Positions 39,444 through 51,961 of a DNA stretch of 64,000 bases are shown here, piece by piece. The stretch's first letter is position 1; each line of letters begins with the position of its first letter. The notes beneath the pieces were generated by a model, which made no database searches, was not told the DNA's origin, and saw nothing but the letters and a program-made list of their open reading frames with translations. The DNA lies in NCBI RefSeq assembly GCF_963921235.1, contig NC_086097.1, forward strand, positions 228,906,001 to 228,970,000. The letters are read 5' to 3'. This DNA comes from Mobula hypostoma (taxonomy: Eukaryota). Both the position numbers and the translations under genes were made by a program.

Positions 39444-41295
39444 AAAAAGAAAATTCCAATTAACTGAATCAAATGCCCTTTCAGCGTCCACGCCTATCAC
39501 TATTGCTTCAATTTCATTTTTTTATATATGATCCATAATGTGAAGTGTCCTTCATATATTGTCTTGTGTTTGGCGTTGTTGTATAAAACTTGCCTAATCA
39601 TTATGTATCAGTGTGGGCAGAAACTCCTCAAATCGTTTGGCCATGATGGAGGTAAATAATCTATAACCCACATTAAGAACAGATATTTTTCTAAATGACC
39701 CACGTTCCATTTTATCTTTGCCTTCTTTCGGTATAGCTGAGATGCCTCCTTCCACCTGGGTGGCATTTGCACCTTTCTTAGAGTCCAGTTCAGTGTGGGG
39801 AGCAAAACAGGAATTAACTCATTTCTAAATTCCTTATACCACTCTGCCGTATATCCATCTGATCCTGGTGACTTGCTTAATTTAAGCCTACTAATTACAG
39901 TTTTTAGTTCAGCTTCAGTTATGTCAGCAGTCATCGTTCTATTTTGTTCTTTGCTTAAAGTGGGTAACTAAAGAATTCAGGAAGGTGTCAATTTGGGTTA
40001 TGCTTCCCCCTGGAGCTTTGGAATATAAACTTTTGTAAAACATTTCAAAAGCTTCTTGAATTTCACTTAGCTTATTTCATATCACTTTTGTTCTTGGATC
40101 CCTGATTCTATGAATTATATTTTCTGCTATCTTTTTTTTTCAGTTTCCACGCCAGTACTTTCATAGATTTAGATCCACTTTCATAATGTCTCTGTTTCAG
40201 AAACATTAAATTTTTCCTAATTTCTTGTGTAGCCAAACTATTAATTTCATTCCTAATTTTTTAAATTTCCTCTAGTGCATCCTGTGCCAAACTCAATTTG
40301 TGTTTTTTCTAGTTCCTTCAGCTTATTTTGTATTTCCTCTAATGTTTTTTTCTTTTTTTTCTTATATGAAGATACCGTTAAAATTTCTCCTCTTAAGACA
40401 CCCTTCAGAGTATCCCATAAAACGGGAGGTGAAGCCTCTCCATTATCACTGCATTCTAAGTAAAGACCAATTTCATTTTTAAATTTGTTCCTTAAAATAG
40501 GGATCATTGAGTAGACTTGAATTTAGTTTCCAAATAGTGTTCTTTGGTTGTAGGTCAAAATCAACAGATAAATATATAGGTGCATGGTCACTTACATCTA
40601 TTGTCCCAATTCCACAGGTGATTATTTTATCTTTATCTTTTCCAAATGTTATGAAATAGTCTATTCTTGTATATACGGAATGGGGGGGGGGCAGAATAAT
40701 GAGTGTAATCCCTTCTGTCGGGGAAAAGGTCTCTCCATATATCAATTAGACCAACATCCTCAAAAAAAGTGTTAACTTTCTTATGTGAGGACTTTATTTC
40801 ATAAGTTTTTCTATTGGAAGAGTCTAACTTTGGTTGTAATTGTAAATTTAAGTCTCCCCCACATATCAAGAGACCTTCTGTTTCCGTTACCACAATATTA
40901 CTAATTTTCTGGAAGAAACTAATATCACTTCCTGGGGGTGCGTATATATTCAATAAAGTAACTGGATTTCCATCTATATTCCCCCTTACCAGAATATATC
41001 TGCCCTCCTTATCTCCCATTTCGGATACTTTTTCAAAATTTAGCTTGCTTGAGATGACAACAGCAACTCCTGTTCTATGTCCTGATTTATATGAGGAGAA
41101 AAACAAATTAGTGAAGCCCATTCTCTTTAATTTTCCATGCTCATTATCACTTAAGTGAGTTTCCTGTAAATATACTACATGGGCTTGTTCTTTTTTCATT
41201 TTTGATAGAATTTTACTGCGCTTGACTGGATTCAACAGCCTATTGACATTAAAAGAAATTAATTTTACTTTATCCTTAGCCATGTGTATTTATCT

Positions 41296-41736
41296 TTACA
41301 CCGCACGCTGTCAGAGCAGTGCTGCCAGGATAATCAAGGACATGACCCACCCAGCAAACAGACTTTTCGTCCCTCTTCCCTCCAGGAGAAGGTTCAGGAG
41401 CTTGAAGACCCGTATGGCTAGATATGGGAACAGCTTCTTTCCAACTGTGATAAGACTGCTGAACAGATCCTGACCCGGATCTGGGCCGTACCCTCCAAAT
41501 ATTCAGACCTGCCTCTCGGTTTTTTTGCACTACCTTACTTCCCATTTTTCTATTTTCTATTTATGATTTATAATTTAAATTTTTAATATTTACTAATTTT
41601 AACTATTTTTAATATTTTTAATATTTAATATTTGTAATCCAGGCAGTGTGAAGCGCAGAATCAAATATTGCTGTGATGATTGTACGTTCTAGTACCAATT
41701 GTTTGGTGACAATAAAGTATAAAGTATAAAGTATCT
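41296..41736 (+). mobile_element. Rex1/Babar 3' end nested just upstream of L1 ORF2
   Basis: AARIIKDMTHPANRLFVPLPSRRRFRSLKT; (AAAGTAT)3 tail; TATCT on both flanks. Confidence 0.88.
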
Positions 41737-42194
41737 GTTAGTATATCATTGAAATTTGCAGAATATAACTTAATCGATCTACTTCCTGAACCTATAAGAG
41801 TCAAGAAACGTGAATAATTTTTAAAAAAGGTAACAAAGGTGTGAGTCCAAGGCTGGGGTCTCGAGATGACCCTGGGTTGATCTAGAAGAAACGTTTAGCC
41901 GTGGGGAATAGCCCCTCCTACCTGTGAGTTGAGGGCCCCCGCTGCAGTACCTATAAAAGTAAGTTAAAAAATCTATGTCCGTTACACAGAAATGGTTTCC
42001 CTGTGTATTCTTCCCATGTATATATTCTCATTTAGGTAGGGGAAAAGGAATGAATCAATGAATTTTTAAAAATTGAGTAATATAAAATCCACATTACAAT
42101 ACGTATTTCTTGAGATAGGTATATCACCATCTATTTTTGCTTCCCTTTAGTTTATCAGCACTTTTAAAGTTAGCCAAATCTTATGGCTCAGATT

Positions 42195-42958
42195 ACAGAT
42201 TATTATCTGAATGGTGGCCAAGTAGGAAAAGGGGAAGTGCAACGAGACCTGGGTGTCATTGTACACCAGTTATTGAAAGTGGGCATGCAGGTACAGCAGG
42301 CGGTAAAAAAGGCGAATGGTATCCTGGCACTCATAGCAAGAGGATTCGAGTACAGGAGCAGGGAGGTACTACTGCAGTTGTACAAGGCCTTGGTGAGACC
42401 ACACATGGAGTATTGTGTGCAGTTTCAGTTCCCTAATCTGAGGAAAGACATTCTTGCCATAGAGGGAGTACAAAGAAGGTTTACCAGATTGATTCCTGGG
42501 ATGGCAGGACTTTCATATGATGAAAGACTAGATCGACTAAGCTTGTACTCTCTGGAATTTAGAAGATTGAGGGGGATCTGATTGAAACATGTAAAATTCA
42601 AAAGGGATTGGACAGGCTAGATGCAGGAATATTGTTCCCGATGTTGGGGAAGTCCAGAACGAAGGGTCACAGTTTGAGGATAAAGGGGAAGCCTTTTAGG
42701 ACCAAGATGAGGAAAAACTTCTTCACACAGAGAGCGGTGAATCTGTGGAATTCTCTGCCACAGGAAACAGTTGAGGCCAGTTCATTGGCTATTTTTAAGA
42801 GGGAGTTAGATATGGCCCTTGTGGCTAAAGGGATCAGCGGGTATGGAGGGAAGGCAGGTACAGGGTTCTGAGTTGGATGATCAGCCATGATCGTACTGAA
42901 TGGCGGTGCAGGCTCGAAGGGTCGAATGGCCTACTTCTGCACCTATTTTCTATGTTTC
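42195..42958 (+). mobile_element. Young CR1 3' fragment nested in the last codons of L1 ORF1
   Basis: ORFs 42183..42581 and 42608..42871; L1 flanks rejoin to ...APPEP-stop. Confidence 0.93.
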
Positions 42959-44076
42959 TGGAGGAGCTGAGGGCTGTCCTCGGAGAACTCACAGTCTCTT
43001 CCTAATATCTTTCTCTCGTCCTGCTCCCGCCCCTGCTTTCTCGGTTCTCTTACTATTTCCCCGGCAGATCGGGATAACTGCTCAGCCAGACTTTCCCTTG
43101 GTTTGTCCACGCTAAAGGGCAGTCCTCTGTTGTTCATGTCTGTAGTCGCCTCTTCCACCGTCTGATATAGTCGTATCCCTTCTTGGTAAAGTACCCTCAG
43201 TCTACCAGGGTATGGGGTTTGGAATTTAATCTTTTCTTGCTTTAGTATTTGTTTTGCTTCCATTTCTGTAGGACCACTGGGGGGTAATCATGATTGAAGT
43301 ATATTAACTTCCCGTTCCAAAATACCCTCTTCTTACCCCAGGCCCTTCATAGAATCTCCACCTTGCTCTTGAATCGAAAGAATCTAATTACTATTGAGCG
43401 CAGTTTACTTTCTCTGTCTCCGGGAGGCTGCGGGACGAGCGAAAGATGTGCCCTCTCAATTTCAATCTCCATAGTCGGGGGAATCTCCAGCACTTCCCGC
43501 AGCAGCTTTTCTAGGAAGTCCATCATCGACAATCCCTCTGCTCCTTCGGGAACATCACAAATCCTGATATATTTCCGTCGCGATCTTCCCTCCTGATCAA
43601 GCAATTTACTTTCCTGTTGAATTAATATTTTTATCATTTTACTTAGTATCTGTTCCACGTTTTGCACACGATCTTCCACCTTCTCAATTCAAGTCGCTGC
43701 CACTGCTATTTTCTGACTGACGTTGGTGAGCTCTGACTTTATATCATTGAGTTGCTGTTTTATTTCTTTTTGGGTTTCCCTCATCTCTTCCATAATCTTT
43801 ACCATATTTGCCGCTTTGCCTGCACGAGGCTCCGCGTCAGCCTCGCCACCACGCGCACATGTAGGAGAGCCGCGCGCTGCACCTCTCTCTTCCATAGGCT
43901 CCGCAGTAGTGCTTTTTTTATCTCCATTCTTTATCCCCATTCTTGCCCCCCTTATCATTTCTGATATTTTCAAAAGATCTTATATTTGATGGATTAACGG
44001 GGCAAACCATGCGTTTTTCCAGAGGAGCTGTTGATTTAAGCTGCCATTCTGAACGATGATGTCACCGGAACCCCCC

Positions 44077-46121
44077 TCTGCATCCTTTTTATGGTTTCCA
44101 CATCCTTCCTGCAGTGAGACGACCAGAACTGTGCACAGTACTCCAAGTGGGGTCTGACCAGGGTCCTATGTAGCTGCAACATTACCTCTCGGCTCCTAAA
44201 TTCAATTCCATGATTGATGAAGGCCAATACACCGTATGCCTTCTTAACCACAGAGTCAACCTGCGCAGATGCTTTGAGCATCCTATGGACTCGGACCCCA
44301 AGATCCCTCTGATCCTCCACGCTGCCAAGAGTCTTACCATTAATACTATATTCTGCTATCATATTTGACCGACCAAAATGAACCACTTCACACTTATCTG
44401 GGTTGAATTCCATCTGCCACTTCTCAGCCCAGTTTTGCATCCTATCAATGTCCCGCTGTAACTTCTAACAGCCCTCCACACTATCCACAGCACCTCCAAC
44501 CTTTGTGTCATCAGCATCACCATCCTTCCACTTCCTCATCCAGGTCATTTATAAAAATCACAAAGAGTAAGGGTCCCTGAACAGATCCCTGAGGCACCCC
44601 ACTGGTGACCGACCTCCATGCAGAATATGACCCAACTACAAACACTCTTTGCCTTCTGTCGGCAAGCCAGTTCTGGATCCACAAAGCAACGTCCCCTTGG
44701 ATCCCATGCCTGTTTATTTTCTCAATAAGCCTTGCATGGGTTACCTTATCAAATGCCTTGCTGAAATCCATATACACTACATCTACTGCTCTTCCTTCAT
44801 CAATGTGTTTAGTCACATCCTCACAAAATTCAATCAGGCTCGTAAGGCATGACCTGCCCTTGACAAAGCCATGCTGACAACTCCTAACCATATTATGCCT
44901 CTCCAAACGTTCATAAATCCTGCCTCTCAGGATCTTCTCCATCAACTTACCAACCACTGAAGTAAGACTCACTGGTCTGTAATTTCCTGGGCTATCTCTA
45001 CTCCCTTTCTTGAGTAAAGGAACAACATTCGCAACCCTCTAATCCTCCGGAACCTCTCCCATCCCTATTGATGATGCAAAGGTCAGAGGCTCAGTAATCT
45101 CTTCCCTCGCCTCCCACAGTAGACCGGGGTACATCTCATCCAGTCCCGGCGACTTATCCAACTTGATGCTTTCCAAAAGCTCCAGCACATCCTCTTCCTT
45201 AACATCTACATGCTCAAGCTTTTCCGTCTGCTGAAAGTCATCTCTACAATCGCCAAGATCCTTTTCCATAGTGAATACTGAAGTAAAGTATTCATTAATT
45301 ACCTCTGTTCTTTCCTTCAGTTCCATACACACTTTCCCACTATCACACTTGATAGGTCCTATTCTTTCATGTCTTATTCTCTTGCTCTTCATATACTTGT
45401 GGAGTGCCTTGGGGTTTTCCTTAATCCTGCCCGCCAAGGCCTTCTCATGGCCCCTTCTGGCTCTCCTAACTTCCTTCTTAAGCTCCTTCCTATAATCTTC
45501 TAGATCTCTAACATTACCTAGCTCTCTGAACCTTTTGTAAGCTTTTCTTTTCTTCTTTACTAGATTTATTACAGCCTTTGTACGTCACGGCTCCTGTACC
45601 CCACCATAACTTCCCTGTCTCATTGGAACGTACTTATGCAGAACTCCACACAAATATCTCCTGAATATTTGCCACATTTCTTCCATACTTTTCCCTGAGA
45701 ACATCTGTTTCCAATTTAAGCCTTCAATTTCCTGCCTGATAGCCTCATAATTCCCCTTACTCCAATTAAATGCTTTTCTAACTTGTCTATTCCTATCTCT
45801 CTCCAATGCTATTGTAAAGGAGATAGAATTATAATCACTAGCTCCAAATTGCTCTCCCACTGAGAGATCTGACACCCAACCAGGTTCATTTCTCAATACC
45901 AAATCAAGTACTGCCTCTCCTCTTGTAGGCTTATCAACATATTGTGTCAAGAAACCTTCCTGAACACACCTAACAAACTCCACCCCATCTAAACCACTCG
46001 CTCTAGGGAGATACCAATTGATATTCGGGAAATTAAAATCTCCCATCACAACAACTCTGTTATTATTACACCTTTCCAGTATCTGTTTCCCTATCTGCTC
46101 CTCGATATCTCTGTTACTATT
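44077..46121 (-). mobile_element. CR1 ORF2 (endonuclease and RT) lacking its 3' end
   Basis: [29 protein letters not shown]; same subfamily as 17894-20270; stops at the L1 5' end. Confidence 0.93.
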
Positions 46122-46624
46122 GGGATATCGAGGAGCAATACTCCAAATCTGGCCTTACCAATTTACTCTAATTATTCCAATTACTCCAAATTTGGTCTTG
46201 CACAATTTCAATGTAACATTGCAACTCCTGTACTCAATATTTTATTTAAGAAGTCCAGTGTGCCAAATGCTCTCCTTATGACCCTATCTACCTGTGATGC
46301 CACCTTCAAGAAATTATTGATCTGTATTCCCAGATCTGTCTGTTTTACCGTACCCTACCCTCAGTGTGCAAGCCCTACCCTGCTTTGTCCTCCTACAGTG
46401 CAACACCTCACAATTGTTTGCTTTAAATTCCTTGTCGTTAGGTGAGGATTCAACCAGGATAGATAAGTATAAAGCCTGGTAAGGGCCGTCCCATCCCAGC
46501 AGGTTAATGGCGTAGCAATTTTGGATGGCAATGGTGTTTTCAGGTTGTAGTATGTCTTCCCAAATTTTTATGAAGTCATCGATCCTTACGTAAATGCAGA
46601 TTTGTGGTTGGTTGTTTCAAGAAA

Positions 46625-47025
46625 CTTTGTCATGTGCAAATTTCCGTCTGATGGTATGAATATCGATTTCTCCTTCCAATGAACAAACTGTCCACCCCTT
46701 CTCTTCCTCTATTCCCCACTCTGACCTTTTACCTCTTCTCAGCTGCCTATTCTTTCCCCTAGGTCCCCACCTCCTTCCCTTTCTACTATTGTCCACTCTC
46801 CTCTGCCATCAGATTCTTTCTTCTCCAGCCCTTATCTTTTCCGACCCACCTGGCTTCACCTATCACCTTCCAGACAGCCCCTCTCCCCTCCCCCTCACCT
46901 TTAAATTCAGGCATCTGCCCCGCCCCCCCCCCACTTCCCTCTCAGTCCTGATAAAGGGTCTCAGTCCAAAACGTCGATGTACTCTTTGCTATAGATGCTA
47001 AGTTCCTCCATCATTTTGTGTGCAT
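46625..47025 (+). mobile_element. PLE 3' end with decayed hammerhead (46943-46979)
   Basis: CAGTC-CTGATAA-A-GGG-TCTCAG-TCC-AAAAC-GTC-GATG after a pyrimidine-rich UTR. Confidence 0.8.
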
Positions 47026-49229
47026 TGCCAAAAGGTCTTCTTTTTCTTTACTTAACAATGACTATATCTGTAACACTGCTCAAAAATTTGAAGCCCAACA
47101 TCAGAAACACGACATTCACAACAAAGGCAAAACTTCTAAGTTTTCTCCAGTGGCCTCCCATGCTGTCATGTTTTGTTAGATACATGCTGTTGCGTCTACT
47201 TCTGCATCACAGGCTCAGCATGCCAAATACCTTCTTTATTTATTTAAACCACTGCCATGCCTAATAAGTTGCAGGAGCTGGTGGGAAGAAACCTGTTTGT
47301 GGTGAAGGGAATTTTCTCTTTCTTTCTCTCTCTCATTCTCAATTAATTGTTAAATCAATCTATCAATCTAACTAACTGAAATAATCAGTTTTGTATCACT
47401 GCTCTCTCTCTCTCTCTCCCTCTCTATTAATTGATAAATCAATTTGTCTGCTTGACTATTTTATATCGGATGAGAAATGCTGAGTAAGAATGGTATTGTG
47501 ATTTAGGGAAGGTCAGAGGTTAAGCATAAACTTTTGGTTTCACCTGTGGGGTACTGATTATAAAAGTGGACTTGACAGTGTCACAGAGCACAGTTACGGA
47601 GTCCCAACTCAGGTAGAGTCCTTTCCAGAGTCATGGGTTTGTTTTGGGGAGCTGGCTATTTTCATAATTATTGTTGTAATGAAGCGGTTCTGGCTGAGAA
47701 AAGATCTTGAAGAATGGTTGTAGGCCAGAATTTCGGCTGTGATCAGGAGCTGAGTTTCAGCAGAGTCAGCAGACAAGCGTTGGATCATGATTGGTTCTGG
47801 CCAGTTTCAAGCATTTGTTACAGAAAAGAATGTGTTAAGACTCTCAGCCTAGAAAAGACATTCTGGCCACCCTTCTCCAAGTGCAGATTTATCCTGCCCC
47901 TTGGAATTTTCCCAATAATTTCCATAGCACTGATACACTGGCCTACAATTATTCAGACGGGCGGATTAGTAAGTTGAGGGTATGGTATGGCAGCATCAGA
48001 AATGTGACAACACTTGCGGGCTGCCCCCAGCACACGTTCAGACTGTTTTGGACGTTGACACCAACAACATACTTCACAGTATGTTTCGAAGTTTTGGTGT
48101 ACATGGGACGAATAAAGCTAATCTTATCTGGCGTATCTCTACTGCCCTTCTCGAAAAGGGTACCACATCCACTGATCTCCAGCCATCTACCCACTCTTTT
48201 GTGACCAGTGGTTTGAAACTGTCTGCCCAACTCCCCCTAGTGTCTCTGCTTGTGTGGCCCTAACTTTTTGTTCAACGCTTCTTCCACCTGTTGCCACCAA
48301 ACTCACATTCCCACCTTCTGAAGCTGGCACTGGCCCCTCACCACTTCCTGCCAACCATCCCGCGTGGAAATGCTTCCCCAATGTGTCCACACTCCCTCAT
48401 TCTAATGTGCTTCAGAGTCCAGTTTCAAGGTCTTCCAGAGCATACCAGTCTGCTTGAGAGATAGATTAGCCTGTCCCCAACCCATGGTCTAAGTAACCCC
48501 ACTCCCATCGACCCTTTACCAGGTTAAGCACGAGAAAAATCTTGTTTAAGAATGGCTACAACAGCATGGACCACAATCTCCCATCCAGCCCTTCCTTCAC
48601 CATCACAAATGTCATGTTACCAGGTGCAGAGGTCCAAAATATGGTCCTCTTAGACTGCTGGTAGCTACAGTAGATAAGGCAATATTCCTGTTACATTCAT
48701 CCGTGAATACAGTATATTGGAGCTGTCTGTCACAGCACTAGAGAGCCCGCCTGTTCTGTTCATATGGAAATAGACAAGGTCAGAGGTATTCTCAGTATAA
48801 ACACAAGTCCCAACCAGAAATAGGAAGCCAAATAAATAAACTTTTGGACAAAACTGTACCCATGTGAACGTTAGCAAAGCATCATCCATTGTAGGTAACA
48901 AATTTTGTCTTTTTGATGGCTCAGCATCCTTAATGCAGTATTAAATCTCTTTTGAAACATTCAATCTCAGTCAATGTCATCACTAAGTTTGGTTATATGT
49001 GCTAACCAATTTGTATTGGCCTGTTGTTAGTATGAAATTACTCCACAGAGCCTGGGATGGAACAGAATTTGGTTTTATGGAAATAAGTAGATGCAATTTT
49101 AATCTGGTCCTACTGCAAAGTCAAAAAATAAATGATTCTGATAAAGATTAGCAATGGTCAATGCAGTTTTCACTGCTTGTGTCATGGAACTTCCTGCCAT
49201 TGCACTGAAATCTGGATATCCACCATTAA

Positions 49230-49885
49230 ATAAATCAGATTAAGTACTGTACATTCAAAGGAATGTTCAAAAAAAGAGGGATCTTGGGCTCCCTATCTAT
49301 AAATCCCTCAAAGTTGTCACACAGTTGATAGGGTTGTTAAGAAGGTGTGTGGAGTGTTGGCCTCCATTAGTCGGGGAAGTGAGTTCAGAGCAGCAAAGTA
49401 ATTAATGTTTCAGCTCTATGAAACCCTGGTTAGACCACACTTGGAATATTGTGTTCATTTCTGGTCACCTCATTATGGGAAGGATGTGGAAGCTTTAGAG
49501 AGGGTGCAGGGATTTACCAGAATGATGCTTGGATGGGGGAGCAATCTTATGAGGATAGGTTGAATAAGCTACGTAGGGTTTTTCTCTTTGGAGCAAAGGA
49601 GGATGAGAGGTGACTTGATAGAGGTGTACAAAAGGATGATCGAGTTAACAGCCAGAGACATTATCCCAGGACGGAAATGGCTAATATGAGGGGGCATAGT
49701 GTGTGGAATATGCTGCCAGGGATGATGGTAGAGGCAGATACATTAGTGACATTTAAGAAAGTCTTATGGATGATAAAAAAAAAATGGAAGGCTATGTAGG
49801 AGGGAAAGGTTAGAATAGGTTAAAATGTCAGCACAACATTGTGGGCCAAAGGGTCTGTACTGTGCTATGATGTTCTATGTTCAAC
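49230..49885 (+). mobile_element. Decayed CR1 3' fragment abutting the HEY1 3' end
   Basis: GTTAGACCACACTTGGAATATTGTGTTCATTTCTGGTCACC; TTCTATG tail. Confidence 0.88.
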
Positions 49886-49979
49886 GCACATTTATACTCA
49901 CAATCAGGAGTTGAAAGTAGTAACAATTCTCAGAACAGAAAACACTCTAACAAGAAGTTATCCTGAATTGCACTTGTAG

Positions 49980-51243
49980 TTTATTATTTCATCTGTTTAG
50001 TATTGTCAACACAAGCCAGAACACAGTAACCGAACACTACACCTTATTTTATCTTCCAAAAGTTAGTGGCTTCAGCACAGGGAAATACTTCGGTGCTTGC
50101 TACCCACAGAAACAACGCTGGAAATCTGATTTGTCCTCGCTCCATTAAGCAACATAAAATATAAAATATCACCTTAAAGATTAAAATCTACATTACTTAA
50201 GCAGTTTATTCAATAACTAAAGAAACCAGCATATTGACCACCTTATTTTAGCTTTTTTATTGTGTTTAAGGCAAGTAATGTTGACCTTGTAGCTTCTCAC
50301 GGGCAGATGTACGTACATAATAAATACAGGTTTGATGCCAGTTGGCTTGAAGAAATTGCCAAGTCTGAAGTACTTGAAGGGTAGTAAGTTAATATTTTCA
50401 GGCAACATTTAACCAAACTAATAAGCAAAATATATATCCTCATCTGAAGTTATGTGTACATACATACCCAAGCATGCATGAATGCATGCAAACACAGTGT
50501 TCCACACAAGCAAATTCTCAAATGTGATCACACATGCATGCACACACACAAAAACACAGCCACAAGTGCACACACGTGAGGTGTGCATGCACACATCCAA
50601 ACATGGGCGCATTGTCCACACACATACATGCAGGACACACACGCACGCGTGCCTTTGCAATGAAAATTTCTTTTCGTTGCTAAACCAACTGACTGCATTT
50701 AAAAGTTGTTTCCTTTTTAAAACTTGACTAACTATTTTTTGTTGCGAATAAACAATAGGATTTAAGTCACAAGACAAATAAATTTAATCCAATTCATTAT
50801 ATTAGACTTCTTTTAAAAAAAATGAATAACTTTACACTCAAAGTTTCAAGGAAGCTGATAACAAAGATGTCGGAAATTATCTCTAGAATATTAACATACA
50901 GTATCAGACAGTTTGTTTAGACTCATCTCTCTGGTAAAATGAATTGCTGGAACCTTGCAATTTAAAGTAGAACACTTCAATGATGAACAGATCAAAATGT
51001 TCACATAGGAGCATTATGATTATTATTTATAACACTATGAGCTAAAGAGGCAATCTAAATAGCTGGATTCACTGGACTTCAATTGTTGTGAAGTTGTACG
51101 CTGTTTGCCTGCAATGAACTCAAAAAATATCTTTAACATTCCAGGGCAGTTACGTTGATACAAGCTCAGCTCAGCTGAGTTTAAACTAAGTAGTCACTAT
51201 CTCCGTCGGCTTCAGGAAGAAAAGATATCCTTCTGAAGAGTCT
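49980..51243 (-). other. HEY1: HEY1 3' UTR (end uncertain)
   Basis: Transposon-free AT-rich stretch after the stop; minus-strand AATAAA candidates at 50256-50261, 50205-50210 and 49980-49985. Confidence 0.6.
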
Positions 51244-51815
51244 TTAGAAAGCACCGATCTCCATCCCCCAGGGTCTGTAGGGCTTGCCGATGTTGTTGGC
51301 TGAAGTCTGAGTTGCTGAACTGAACGTACTGGGTGAAATCAACGGGAAAGACAGAGGGAATGCAGATAGTGATGACATTGAGAACAAAGGGGGGGACAGT
51401 TTTGTGGAAGAGGTAACAACAGGAATGACTGGACCCACACTGCAACTGGGAGGCACCCTATGCGGGGACGTCTCAGAGTGCGAGGAGGTGCCGATCCGGT
51501 TTTGATGGTGAGGCTCTGTCGAGGCTGTACTGCTGTTGCTGTGGACAACCGGTGGCATCAGGAGCGGGTGCAGATGGTGATGCGGGTGGTGATTGAAGCC
51601 ATTGCCCCAGGGAAAATGTCCGATGCTTGGCGGGGCAGTGCTTGCAGCTTCCCTCTGAGATGCATAGTTGTTGAGGTGAGAGACCAGGCGCACTCGGAGT
51701 GGATCAGAGCTCTCCAGGCCTTCAATAATACTCAAGTACCGAGCCACTTCAGCCAAACATTCTCGAAATCCCAGGCTGCGGTAATCCATGGCTAGAGCAT
51801 GAGCATCAAAATAAC
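51244..51815 (-). CDS. HEY1: HEY1 coding exon 5: Orange domain and C-terminal YRPW...MEIGAF
   Basis: TTTTAG acceptor; [33 protein letters not shown]range domain; ends [17 protein letters not shown]. Exons sum to 900 nt (299 aa). Confidence 0.96.
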
Positions 51816-51961
51816 CTAAAAAGATCAGATAAAATTGTTTTATTTTGCACGTTAAACAATTATAATTATGTATTTTATACAATAAATATGCCAACAGCAG
51901 TCAATTCTGGAGACTTGAGAAGTTTTGAAGTTTATAGGAGTTTAACTGCATTTTACAGGAG

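Larger units (their letters stand above)
39441..44076 (-). mobile_element. L1-clade LINE: 5' UTR, ORF1, APE endonuclease and start of RT; 3' half missing
   Basis: 5' end GGGGGGTTCCGG...AATGGCAGC; ORF1 pieces (DQEGRSRRKYIRICDVPEG, IEIERAH, FQTPYPGRLRV); ORF2 from ATG 41283 (SFNVNRL, YLQETH, NIYAP, GGDLN, SDHAP, KSPGSDGY); breaks after VDAERAFDSVNW. Confidence 0.92.

Noticed and set aside
42943..43973. Domesticated L1 ORF1 gene (L1TD1-like)
   Set aside because: Broken by stops/frameshifts and a CR1 insertion, and still attached to the L1 UTR and ORF2.
39074..46121. 39074-39360 as the displaced 3' end of the CR1 at 44077-46121
   Set aside because: The tail matches the 8126-8771 subfamily, whereas 44077-46121 matches 17894-20270, which has a different tail.
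9411..46979. A currently active hammerhead ribozyme in this window
   Set aside because: Every copy has a core, triplet or stem mutation or is truncated; only the consensus is intact.
1..49000. Exons of a neighbouring gene such as STMN2, and the many 60-170 aa ORFs
   Set aside because: No stathmin-like or other host peptide recognised; ORFs are transposon fragments, their antisense frames or chance. Very small exons could have been missed.
51816..51894. N-terminal 27 aa of ORF 51244..51894 as coding
   Set aside because: Intron 4 sequence; HEY1 similarity begins at the AG acceptor before 51815.
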